From: Marsupella aquatica
Taxonomy: Eukaryota > Plantae > Marchantiophyta
Direction: 5' to 3'
Assembly (NCBI GenBank): GCA_973895155.1
Contig: OZ316899.1
Span: 3,307,455 to 3,371,454 of the forward strand
DNA: 64,000 bases
Numbering within the stretch: position 1 is the stretch's first letter; each line of letters starts with the position of its first letter. A program made the translations under genes and the position numbers. The notes beneath the pieces are model-generated. The model saw only the letters and a program-made list of their open reading frames with translations. It ran no database searches and was not told the origin of the DNA. Positions 37,688 to 50,155 of the stretch are shown here, piece after piece.

Positions 37688-38521
37688 ATGCTGAAACAAT
37701 TCAATATGCATACAGTAAAATCAGTGAAATCACCAATGGACCTACGTTCACTGGATAAAGAGAAAGACATCTTTCGGAAAAGAACCGAACATGAGCCACT
37801 TCTTGGCCCCGACAAACCATACTTGTCCATTATAGGGGCACTACTTTTCTTAGCTTCCCAGACTCGCCCATATATCGCTTTTGCTGTCAACTTGCTGTCC
37901 CGCCATAGCTCGTAGCCTACGATTAGGCACTGGAATGGACTCAAACAAATACTGCGCTACCTGAGTGGGACAATTGACCTCGGATTATTTTATCCCACCA
38001 CCATGGACCTAACACTCACTGGATATGCAGATGCGGGCTATCTGTCTGACCCAGTAGATGCCAAATCACAGACCGGATATATCTTCCGCATCGGACCCAC
38101 AGCAATCTCTTGGCGCAGCACGAAACAAACTCTGACTACTACCTCTTCAAACCACTCAGAGATTATTGCCCTTTATGAAGCGAGCAGGGAATGTATCTGG
38201 TTACGAAACGTCATTGATTACATTCAAGAGACCATAGGTATGCCTAAACTCAATTTGCCTACAATAATCTATGAAGATAATCGACCATGCGTAGAACAAA
38301 TATCAGCCGGATTCATTAAAGGAGATAAGACGAAGCACATAGCTCCTAAGTTCTTTTTTGCACACAAACAACTGGGCAATACAATTGATGTGAAATGGAT
38401 CCCCGGCCCTGAGAATAGTGCGGACCTATTCACCAAGTCCCTACCTCCAGTTACACACACAGCACCAATCAAATCGATTGGAATGCATAGCCTCTTCGAA
38501 CTTGTACAGGACAGGGAATGA
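37688..38521 (+). pseudogene. pol: copia 1 RT C-terminus and RNase H
   Basis: PYLSIIGALLFLA...RPYIAFAVNLLSR; GYADAGYLSDP...SQTGY...YEDN...KHIAPKFFF...ADLFTKSL. Confidence 0.93.
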
Positions 38522-39358
38522 GGCAAAACTCCTTCGACTAAGACGAGCGAAAACAAGATTTTGGTTGAACTTCCACAGGTCCCCTGACAGAGACAACAAC
38601 AAACTCGTCCGACTTCAGGGGGAGCACAAACTTACCTGGCGAAGTGACCACAGCTCGAGCAGAAACACTTCAAACAGCCGAACATCGAGCAGGAAGATCC
38701 AAACTGGACCACAACATCCAACTGCCGATCGAAAAGGATGACCTCCCACCAGCATTAACACAACGACAGATAACTCCAAGTCGACAACAAACACCAATCG
38801 CACCTGATCTACTCGACTACAAGAACGAGCACTCATCAACATTTCATCACCACCGAAACCAATCAACCCACCATGACTTCCCTCATCACACGACATTTTC
38901 CCACAAACACAGCGGGAAACCTAATCCCTCTTCACCCCTGCTTTACTTTACCAACTCACCCCTTACATTACCGACCACCTACGACTTGTAACATTAACCC
39001 ATACATGATTAACACCCAATTACTCTATAAACGCTGATTCCAGGACATATAAGGACAGGGTGGTAACACTTTTTTTCCCCCACAAGAAAGGAGGGGGGTT
39101 TTAATGAGGTTACACCCTAACTTATATCACCCTACTAGACAATCACTTCAACAATCACCAAACATAGGAAACACTTAGTTTTCCTATCAACGTTAGACCT
39201 TCAACAAACGATGCATCCAAGGGGGAGTGTTATAACCCCTTAGGTTAGGTCTACTCAAAGGTTAGGACCAAGGCGGTTACACAACCAACTCCCTTAGCAA
39301 CCTACTATGTATATAGATGGAGATGAATAAAGTGTTTATATTATTGTGATGTTGAACA

Positions 39359-42085
39359 AATACCCCATTTTTCAAAAGGTGAAAGAGGTAAGATTGGTAC
39401 AAGTGGCCACCTGGAAGTTGCCGTTGGCTTCCCTATTCATTGACAAGGATCACATTGTTTAATGAAGCCGAGAGTATCTCTATGCATAGTTGGCCACCAA
39501 TAGCCAGCATCCCAAATTTTCTTAATTGTGGTATTCACAGCATAATGGCCCCCTGAATCTTCAACATGTAGGGCTGTTATACTCTCCTTAGGCTCAAGAC
39601 ATCGCTTCAACTTCTGGTCAGGAGTTAACTTTAAGAGGGTGCCTTTAATTAAAGTATAAGTTCCAACTTTTTGTAAAACTACAAGTTTCTCTTCTGCATT
39701 TAAACGTTCTAGCATTACTCAATGGGTTAACATATTCACAATATCATAATAGATGGAGATTTCACCCTCTATATGCCAAATTTCTTCATTGGAAAAGGAG
39801 TTTTCTAGATTAGTTTTGCTTTCCTTACCAGATAGTCTTGAAAGGAAATCTGCATTTTCATGATGTTTGCCAAGTCTTAGATGGACTTCATAATCAAATT
39901 CTTGCAGAAGTAAGACCCATCTTGCCACCCATCCTGATAAATCTGCTTGGTTTACTAAATATTTTAAAGAATTGTGATTGGTATGGAAAATAACTTTGTA
40001 ACCAAGGAGATAATGGCAAAAATTTTACAAGTAAAAACAAGCAAAAATAATAGCCAATGCTTCCCTTTCAGTTACCAAATAATTCTTCTCAGGAGCACTT
40101 AGCTGTCTACTTGCATAATAAATAGGGTGATCTCGAGCTTGCTCATCCTTATGACTTAAATTTGCTCCCATGCAAAAAGCTGAAATGTCAATGAAAACAT
40201 GAAAGGTCTTGGTCCAATCTGGTGGTTGAAGTATTGGTGTTTTGGTGAGTCTTGATTTCAACTCTTGGAAAACAGCTTCTCTCTTATTGGTCCAAACATA
40301 CTCCACATCATGTTTGAGGAGTTTGGTGAGGGGCATCGCAATGTCAGCATACTTATGAATAAATTGTCTATAATAGCCAACATGGCCTAAGAAGGCTCGA
40401 AGTTCCTTGAAGTCTTTGGGTGGTAGTAATTCCACAATAACTTTAACTTTATCTTTGTCCACTTTAATATCACTCTGATTTTTTCCGCTGCAGGGAAACT
40501 GCCTATTCACTCTCTTTGGATTTACACGGTTTACCAGATCCTGTGGTGCATTTGGCTAGCCCGTAATGCTCAAACTTTTGACAAAACTCGCCACAGAATC
40601 TTTGATCAATTGCTGGTGATCTCTGAGATTTTGGACCACTTGAATGCGGTTATCACATCCACTTCGGTGCTGTCTACCTCTCTGTTAAGCCGCAAACATC
40701 GACGCCTCTCAGGTGCTAAGGGACTGATAGAGACAGAACACATCAGCATTCTCAGGAGTGGGGTTAGGAGGATTGAATCCATCCTGGATGGCGGTGCTGC
40801 AGGAGGACACCCGGCGCTTTGATCCTTTTTAGGCCACAGAAGCTCTTAGTTAATGGTTTACTTAGCTGCCTTTGTGTCCTTGATCATAGGCCTACTTTAT
40901 ATCTTTAGGATTAGGAATTTTCGCTCTTATGCCTGCCCTTGATCTTATTACGGCATTCCGTGCTGCTTGACTACCCCCCCTTTTTTTACCCTTGCAGGCT
41001 TGGTTGACTGATGAGCCTTAGGACCATCCTCCTGACAAGACATCCGTCCCCTTGCGCTGGCACTATTTTGATTCTGCTTTACTCTTGAGTTGATTAGATA
41101 CAACTGTCTGAGTGCCAGTGAAAACTTGATTCTTACTAGTTTTCAACATCTGTGGGATCTGATGTCCTTGACTTTCTTGGACTCTTATGTGTCCTATCAC
41201 TCTTTTGCCCTTTGTGGCTTCTGCTGCCATTTGGCCTGCTGGTTCCCCCCATCCGTGGGGTTCACGCGGAATAAAATCAAAATTTAAATAAAAATAAAAA
41301 TAAAAATATCTCTCTGAGATATAACATGACCCGAAAGAATTCCTTCTCTCATCCCTATATAACATTTTCCAGATGTAGGGAGAGTTGTGCTTCTCTACAT
41401 TTCTCAAAAGTCTTCTTTAAGCAACTGAGATGTTGTGTCATGGAGCTATAGACACAAAAATCATCTATGAAAATCTCAAGGAATGTTGCAAATATTCTTG
41501 AAAGATCACCATCATTATTCGCTGAAATGTTCCTAGTGCATTGCATAATCCAAACGGCATTACATTGAAGGCAAAAGTTCCCCAATCGGTAGTGAAGGTG
41601 GTCTTATCTCGATCCTCTTTCCATATGGAAACTTGATTGTATCCTGAATAACCATCAAGAAAACTATAGAGCTCATGTTGTGCAACTATGTCAAGGACTA
41701 AGTCAATAAATGGTAAAGGATAATGGTCCTTTTAAGTTGCACATTAAGCTTTCTAAAATCTTGACAAACTCTGATTTTAGGTTTTCCATCAGGGCCAATC
41801 TTCTTAGACACAATTACTATGGGAGACACCCATTCACTGCTAAGCACAGGATAAATGAATCCTGCCTCCAACAACTTGTCTAATTTTGTCTTCACCATTA
41901 AAGAATATTTTGGGTTAAGACGGTATTTCCATTGCCTTATTGGTATCACACCCTCATTAAGGTCAATTCGATGCTCCCCAAGCCATGGATGTATGCCTTT
42001 AAGGTCCCGATGACTCCATGCAAATACATCTTTGCATTGTTTCAACAAATAAATGTATTTTTCTCTTAACTCACCTTGGATATGC
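39359..42085 (-). mobile_element. pol: Ty3/gypsy element 3, 5' part (degenerate RT, RNase H, integrase zinc finger)
   Basis: VFAWSH, WVSPIVIV, FIDDF, FLGHVGYYR, YYASRQL, HVEDSGGHY...YWWPTMHRD...CDPCQ; continues across the copia TSD into 22478. Confidence 0.9.
40479..41304 (+). mobile_element. 5'-truncated L1-like LINE
   Basis: ORF2 C-terminal motif ILWCIWLARNAQTF with a stop at 40822; (AAAAT)n tail at 41285-41304; 13-bp TSD AATATCACTCTGA / AATATCTCTCTGA. Confidence 0.82.
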
Positions 42086-43074
42086 TCCACAGGAAAGAGG
42101 GGCAGACAGAGGTGGAGGAAAGAATAGGAGATATTGAGAGGCTCAAGCAAGCAACTAAGAGAGATGATGGCACGACTAGAGATGCAATTGCTTGAGAAGA
42201 CGACAACCTACCATAATACATTCCTACTTTTGGAAAATGAAGTAGAGGATTTGGCACGAGAGGAGGAGGGGGCAGTGTCGCGTGGACTAGATCCACTTTC
42301 TTCCACGTCCTTCCTCTAGACACTATATACATAAGTAGTTTCAGCTCTCCACTTCTAGAGAGGTAGTCCCCTTGACTACTTTTGCACTCACACCCTTCCC
42401 CTCTCTTCTACTCAAAGGAAGTCGCGGAACTTGACTGCCTTAACACTTAGCTCCGGCGTCGCTGACTCCGACGCCGAGCTCCCTTATGGTCCAGGCCCGG
42501 ATAGGCCATCCGGGGAGGACATAGCATGGAGACTTGTGGGCAATGAGACATGGCACTAGCGAGGCAAGGAGCCAAGCTGGGGGCACACACTAAGGACTTG
42601 GACTAGCCTATGGCTGGTCGGGTCAAGGGGAAATGGGCCGGACTCAAGGATGGCCGTCCGGACCTTAGGATGGACTTTGAGTTCTGAGGGCTTGGGAGTG
42701 AGCTCCTCTTGGGCCCAAGGCCAATGGAGTTGACGCCATTGGCAACAGACGGTCCTCAAGAGCTTTCCAACGCACCCAAGAAGTCCTCCAACGGACTTCC
42801 CATTGGGGAGATATCGTCATTTCCGTTTGGCGGTTTCCCTTAGTGTCACGACCGCCGCGGCTCACGACTTCGGCTCGGCCTTAGCCCCCAGGGAGACACC
42901 ACTCCCCTCATATATGCTTTTGGAGAACTGCCACCCCCAGACCAGCTTTGGTCCTTAAACATTTGGCCCCCAACCCGGATCCCATCGCGCATAATGTCTA
43001 TATGATCCAACATTATCATCAACATGATCCCGGATGATAATGTCTATATCATCATCCTGGGTTATCATGGATTA

Positions 43075-44249
43075 GAGGCAACTCACATAATGGCCTGCAA
43101 CAAGGCCATGACCAAGGCCCAGAGGAAGGAGCAGGCACTGAAGGATGAGATCAAAGAATGTCGCAAAGCCCTCCATCAGAAGAAAGGCAAACTTGATGAC
43201 ACCTACAGGGGCATCGACAAGTTAAGAGAAGACCTTGAGGACCTGTCGGCCAACTTTCAAGTAAAGTTGCGTAAGAAGGATGACATGCTCAATCAAACCT
43301 ACAAGAAAATGAATAAGATCAAGTTTGATGTCGTCCATGAGCTCAACGCGGAGCTGAAAGCAACCCAGGAGGAGAGGGCGGCCTTACGGAAGGAGTTGGA
43401 CAAGAACATGGCAGAGTTGGAGCAAGCTTGTGGGGATTTAGACGAGACCCTGGTGGAATTGGAGGACACCACCCAGAAAATAGAAAATCTGCAGAGGCAG
43501 GCGGACAACCAAACTGAGCGGTTGAAGAAGCAGTCCAAGGAGCTAAATGGGCTGGCCGCAACAAGTGGACCTCTGGTGGCGGCAACAAGGTTGCAAGGCG
43601 TGGTACTAACCGAGCGACAAGCTATGGTACCCTCACCTTTGCTGGAAGTAAGTGGCAAGGGGAAGGCACTAGCTGCTTGGGAGGGGAAGGACAAAAAGCG
43701 AAAGCCTTCTGGGTCAGGGAGCCACACCATTTGTCAGGCCACCGTGGCTGAGGTGGAGAGCATGGCACCGGCCATATGCAAGGTTGTGGCTATCAAGAAG
43801 CAGTCCTGGAGGTAGGCCAAGAAGACCGGTTGGGGGAGGCCATGACAGGCACTGACTCAAGGTTTCCAACCATTGATTGGCATCAACCACAACCTTGGGA
43901 GGACGAGACAACCCGACTCATAGAATGAGCCTATGAGGAGGACCACTACGGCAGGGTAGCCAATACTAGGAGGGACAGTACAGAAGCCACAAGGGTGAAA
44001 CCCCCACTGGGCGAGGCCGGGGAGGCAGAAGCCGGGGAGGCAGAAGCCGGGGAGCCAAAAGCCGGGCAGGCCAAGGCCGGGCAGGCAGAAGCCAAGGAGG
44101 CTAAGGCCAAAATAAGGGTGGGGCCTGGTCACGCTGAAGATGGGTTGACCCAATTAGGAGCGGGTAACCTGTCAGAGGACGGGGAGCCTACATTGGCCGC
44201 CAAGGAAGGATTAGGGGCGTCCATTGAGGACCAACCACCAGCGTTGTGA
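43075..44249 (+). pseudogene. coiled-coil C-terminal part of the LTR-internal extra ORF
   Basis: KDDMLNQTYKKMNK...ELKATQEERAALRKEL matches KDDQLDQTYAKMNK...ELRATQEERATLKKEL in 57968..58807. Confidence 0.75.
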
Positions 44250-45154
44250 TGGTGTAAGGGCGTCGTCCCTTTTAGAGAGGGCGGATGTGGAAGTAGGAGG
44301 CATGAGTGGGTAGAGCGGGCGCGGACTTCCAGAATTAGGATTAGGATCAGGACCAATAAGCGTCCCTAACACTTAGATTAGTGGGATTGCAGATCCACTG
44401 GTAAGAGCAACACTTGTGCTCTTGCCCCGCTGTACATAGGTAGATTCCACTTAGAGGTGGATTTGGCTTATGCAACAAGGAAATAGGTAGGTACGCTGCT
44501 AGGATAAATACCTGGGCAGCGCGAACCAGAGGGCCTTCTTCTTAAGCAAGTTTTAGTGCACCAGCAAGGCTGGAATCAATTAGTAAAGAGAAGCTCTTGG
44601 TTAGTTATGCTGTGACCCTTGTGTACATTCATGTTTCCTCATACCTAAGAGCTGAAATCAATAGATTTGGCCTTTGGGCTTAGTTTGCAGACCTTGTGTA
44701 TGAGAAGTACTCCTTGTATGGCAATGGCATGGCATACCTTAGTCAGTAGGAGTCATCTTTCTAATTGTGTGTCGCACCAACTTGTGTGAAGATTGCCCAC
44801 ATCAACCAAAGAGAGAAAGGAAGTTTAGAAGCAGGAAGAGTTGGATGTGTTGAGTTGAGAGGGATCTTAGCGGCTACCCAAGCCGATTGGGCATCACTCT
44901 GGGGGCGGAATCCAAACATGCCTGAAGGGAGACCGATAGAAGAGAGTAAGGAGAGGCCTAGAGTAGGCTGGGTGCATATCTAATGACCCGATGAAGGATC
45001 TGTCCAATATATGTGGCTAAGAAGTAGAGAGGAGTTAGCAGCGTCCCATGCCGATAAACCACAGAACCAGCCTTGGCAAGCAAGAAACCAGTGGGAATCG
45101 GCTTGTTAAGGGAGGATTCTTGGGGTTAGAGAGCCATGGGATGCACCACATTTT

Positions 45155-45172
45155 TGGCGCTAGATGGAGGGG
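45155..45172 (+). promoter_or_regulatory. primer binding site complementary to the tRNA-Asn 3' end
   Basis: TGGCGCTAGATGGAGGGG follows the LTR end; one mismatch to the plant tRNA-Asn end CCCTCCTTCTAGCG-CCA as I recall it. Confidence 0.75.
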
Positions 45173-47042
45173 GCATTTCTTAAGCCGTGAGATATGGATC
45201 TAGGTAAAGAAGTGTAGGTAATGACTGAACCTACATTGAGGGAGGAAAGAGCAATACAACGGGAGAGAGTTGTTTGCAGCAGATCGTCGGGTGGCAGGAA
45301 ACACAACGACTGAGAGGGGCTGATAGAGCTAGTAGCTCCGTAATAGAGAGTGGTGTTGAGGAGGAGGAATTAGATGAAGGATTGGTTACCTGGAGTCTGT
45401 TCAATTCAAGCGTTAGCTCCCCAACAGAGAGCATGGGGGAACCAGAGGCACGACCAGGAGAGAGGGGAGGGACCAGACTGATCAACGGTCTCACATCCAT
45501 TACAAAGCATTTCATGGCAGAGGAGATGAGGATCCTGATGAATGGTTGAATGATTTTGAAGGGACCACTGCAGCAAATGGAGAGTCGGCCATTAGGATGC
45601 AAATCCTTCCCGGTTTGTTCAAAGGTGAGGCAAGACCGTGATACAGGGTACTAGACACTGAGGAGCTGGGCAATTGGGAACTCTTCAAATCATTGTTTGT
45701 CAAGGAGTTTCGACCCATTAGAACCTCAGAATTGGCTATACTGAAGTTAGGACGACTTTGGTTCAAGGAGAACAAGTCCTTCCATGAGTTCTTACAATGC
45801 TTCCAAAAGCTGGTAAGACAAACAAAGACCAATGCATCGGAAGGTATGCAACTTCAATGGTTAGTAAATGCGTTACCATAGAAGATGAGCTTTGCAATTA
45901 GGAAGGAGAACTCGGAGACCTTAGCCGATGTAGTTAGAGATATCCATTTATATATTAATGCAAATATCACGAGTTGGAAGAAACTTTTCAAATCAGGGAG
46001 CTCATCATCTGATGAAGGATGAACCAAGAAGAAGACAAAGAAGAAAAATTCCAAGAAGTCGAGAAGTGACAACTCAAGCTCAGATAGTGAAAGTAGCAAG
46101 AGTGAGTCCTCTTCTAGCTCCGAGGAAGAAAAATCTAGGAAAAAGAAAGTCAGAAGGAGGAAGTTGAAGGTCAAAATTGAGGCTAACCCTCCAGCCCCGG
46201 ATAACCTTGTAGCTCTTACTGACCAACTGCGGGCTATCATAGCAGAGGCTAAGGCAAAGAAGAAGGTAGTAGTCAAGGACAGCTCTGTATGGTGTGCTTT
46301 ATGTTATAAGACCGGACACCACAAAGATGCATGTCCTAAACTAAACTCTAGTCATATCCGGCAAGTTACCGAGACCAGACGGAATCAGGGAGAAGTAGAG
46401 TACTTCCTAGGGGATGCGGCTGATAGCATTTTTGGCATTAGCGAGACAGGAGCACAGGATCTGGCCAATTGCCCAGCATCCCTCTGGTCGGGATTAAGAA
46501 ATAACTCGGGTGAAATGTATGCACAAATCATTCAAAATCCATCTGTGGCTCCTAGGCCGAATGTACAAAGATTTGCGGCATGCTATAACTGTGGTCAACC
46601 TGGACATTTTGCTAGAGAGTGCCCAAATGCAAGGAAACATGGTGATGGGGAACCAGCTCAGTTGTGTATGGGATGCCGTCAAGAGGGCCACATGCTGGGA
46701 CAGTGCCCTACTTGGTTGGCAAGATTGGCCACTAATCAAAAACTCTTGCCGGTCAAGGTCCTGCCACCGGGTACAACACCAAGTGGAGTTCAAAAATCAA
46801 TCACATTGAACTGGGATGGCAGATAGATGCCAAGGCCAAATTTGGACCATCTGATGACGAGGCTGAGGCTAGGCCTTATCAACATTCTCAAAAGAAGAAC
46901 TAGACCATGACTGCTATGGGGTTTCTACTCGTTCAACAAGAAGGAAGGAAAGGTGGGATGGTTTGGCCAAGAACAAGGGGGAAGACCAAGGAGGAAGGGA
47001 TCAACTCTTCATCAACATCAACGGAGGGAGAAGGAAGGGCAC

Positions 47043-50000
47043 TATCAAACACTTGTCAAGGAGCTTAAGTGGTTTGTCTCCCCAAAAGACTACCTAATAC
47101 CTGCTCCATATCATACCAGGTCACAAAGGATTGACAAAACTTTTGAAATGTGTCTACAATGTCTAATCACTCCATACATAAGTAGTTTCAACTCTCCACT
47201 TCTAGAGAGGTAGTCCCCTTGACTACTTTTGTACTCACACCCTTCCCCTCTCCTCTACTCCAAGGATCAGCAAGGGGGATCTCCGCTCCAAGCTATCACC
47301 TTAGAGTAGATTCTCACACAAACACCCAAGAACCCAAAGTACTTTTCTCTTCAAGCTTAAGTCTCCTCAAGACCCTCGAAGTAGTGTTACCCCTCAACCT
47401 TGCCTCCTGGCCTTGGTTTGGGTCCACACATCCCCTTTGAGCTCTAGAGAAGGCTCCTCTATCTAAGGACTCTTCCTCTTGTACTTACTTTTTGTTAACA
47501 CGGTCACACACCAAGCAAAGTACTCTCCACCCTCCAGCTATAATCCTCTCTAAGTCTCAAAGTAGTGCTCTACCTTAACCTTGCCTCCTTGGCCTTGGTT
47601 TTGTACTAGCACATCCCCTTTGAGCTTAGACCAAGATTACACCATAGCATGGACTCTTCTCTTGCTCCCATACACTTCAAATGCACTCACACTTAATGGT
47701 CACAATGAAGATTGACAAGTCTCCTTTTATTGTATCACCTTTACAACAAAAGTTCACTACACATTCTCCACACTAAGCATGGACCACCTCTCCCTTCTCA
47801 AGCTTAGCCCTACCTTGGCAAGGTAGAGATTCCACTTAAGAGATGAGACTCCCGGTCCCTAACAAATGAAAACTTACTCCTTATATACTATTCTCCTTCC
47901 ACACCACACCAAGCTTGACCTGGGGTCCAACTACTCCTCCCCCAAGTCCTCCTAACACACAAAGTCCAACTCTATAGTTCGTAGCCCACCCTACAATCTA
48001 TTGTTTGGACTCCTTCCAAGCCCTGGAATATGCCACACATGAGTTGCATGCCTTGACCTCCAAACCTTCTCCCACTTATGGTCCTCCTCACCAGCTTCCC
48101 AACCCACTTGAAATCTCGCAAAAAGAGTGAGTGAGTCTCAAGTTGTGCCTAGTCAAACATGGCCTTATTTTACTAACTACCCTAAGTAAACTACCCCCTA
48201 TACTTACTTTTCTTAACATGATGGCCTTACACCTTTGAAAAAAGGTAAGTACCCTTCCCTAGAGCCTAACTAAAGTAGTATGGGTGCAAGAAAGGTCAGC
48301 CCCTAAATCTGGTAGTCATTCCCCTATGTCGACTTTGGTTTGCAAGCTATCGGGACCCCCTCATGGCCTCGGCTAAAAATATATTTGAGTGACTCTTTTT
48401 CTGGGTTTACACCTTCACCAAGGGGTGCTTTACCTTCCCCTAACTCAACACAAAAAAAATTGGGCCCCAATGGATACCCCTAGCCAAAGTTATGCCCATT
48501 CTCCCAAGGCCTGTTTTTGGTGTAAAGCGGGTGTAAGCGGCGACCCGATTACACTTACTTTACCGCCCCTTATAGAGATTCCAGGTGTCACCAGGGGAGA
48601 GTACTCTCATTATACTCTCGTTTCTTATGAAGAATTTGATAAGGACATCAATTTTCGCAGTCATTTTCCTCTCTCTTGAATTCAATCTGAAAGTGCAACA
48701 TGATCTGTTGGATTTGAATGGCAGCAGGTCAATCGATAGCTCAGCCCGGTTTGCAGCAGCCTTCTCAGTCCACCTCCATAGCCATCCAGCCTTGCAGGTG
48801 ATTCAAAATCGCAGCAGAATTTCGCAGCAGCCATAGCCAACCAATTCACAGCTAGCCCTTGTTCTTCCTGCAGCTCGTCCTTTTGCTACTACATTTAATC
48901 AATTTGCTAGCAGCCTAGCTCTATTCTCCAGCAGTCGGCCATAGCTCACCCTTCTCAACTTCATAGCTAGCCCAGAGCAACAACACTATTGAGCTAGCAA
49001 CATACTTACTAATCAGCCAACACTCAACATCTCGTGCTTGAAGCTAGCCCTTCTAATTCTGGTGCAGCAGTAAGTCTGATCAGCTGCCAGCCCTTTAATT
49101 TCATAGCCCACCATAGCTCACAGCCAGCCAACTAGCTCTTGATCAGCAGCAACCTATTTCTCCATAGCACGCAGCTTGATTCCAATCAGCACCATCAAGG
49201 CGGCCAACCAATTCTGATCAGCATCCCATGCCTGAAGCTATAGCAGCTCAATTCAATTTCGTAGCTGCCTCTTGATCCCAATTCAAAGCAAGCATCTCAT
49301 GTATTGACCCTTATGGTGTTCCTGACCTCGTGCTTGAGTCGCCCCGGCCTCGTGCTTAGGTCGTGGTCGCCGTGACGCGGTTGACAAAGAAAAATTTCGG
49401 ATTTTTTTGTTGGGAAAACAGTATTTCAAGGCCGTTTTGGACCGCCCCCAAAAATCACACATGAGTCCAAAATGACTTATGAGTTTATATACATATTCTC
49501 TGGACATAGGACTATGTCCCGGTTTACTAATATCTAAACAAAACCTTATCACCGATTTTCTAAAATTAGGTAAAGTGGGTCAATTATTATGTTTTCCAAA
49601 ATTCTTCTCACCTTTGAGATGCTCCCAAAAAGTAACCAAAGATACCCAGCTTCTACCACAAGTTTCCAGGGATATAGTGGACCATATTTAACCCAATTCC
49701 AAACTTGGAACTCCTAAATTTACTCATCAGCTATTTTTCCCGGGACCCGCTATTTTGTTAATTTAAGTCACACCAAAACACAAGGAAACCCTAGGTTGAG
49801 ACCCCACTTGACATCTAACTTTTTAGGGGTGCTCTAGGGACCTCCTAGCATCTATGGGAAAAATCTGAACCAAAAGTAAGACTTCAAGTGTCGGGTTGTT
49901 TCTCCGGCTCGGAATAGTCGCCTATTCTAATAAGGACGGAACGTTGTATGCCCCATCATAAAGACCTTTCTTATCCCTTGGCACTTGCTTACAACTCAGT

Positions 50001-50155
50001 AACCTTCCATTCCACTATCTTTCCTATTCTACCTACTTAAGTTCCTAAAACCTAGTTACTCCGATAGCACTTAAAACGTCTTTCTTACTATTCTTTGTTC
50101 AAAAAACAAAAAAATGACAAGTTTCTTACATAAACCTATATCGAGCCATTCCACA
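47043..50155 (-). mobile_element. solo LTR (3.1 kb) of a gypsy-2-related family
   Basis: TSD GGCAC (47038-47042 and 50156-50160); starts TGTGGAATGGCTC like the gypsy 2 LTR; no internal coding region; host frame GRA|LTTQ...DHPKLFY rejoins. Confidence 0.87.

Larger units (their letters stand above)
22479..39358 (+). mobile_element. full-length Ty1/copia element 1 (Bianca lineage), degenerate, carrying two DNA-transposon insertions
   Basis: 131-bp LTRs at 22479-22609 and 39228-39358 with one mismatch; PBS TGTTATCAGCACG; PPT CAAGGGGGAG; TSD AATAT/AATAC; splits the gypsy 3 integrase at WGI|DFIGP. Confidence 0.96.

Noticed and set aside
44286-44293. TGTGGAAG after a purine run as the true start of a 0.86-kb LTR
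   Set aside because: The homologous site in the 57062 copy reads CGTGG, so the TG is probably CpG decay. It is not fully excluded and remains the main alternative to the gene-in-LTR model.
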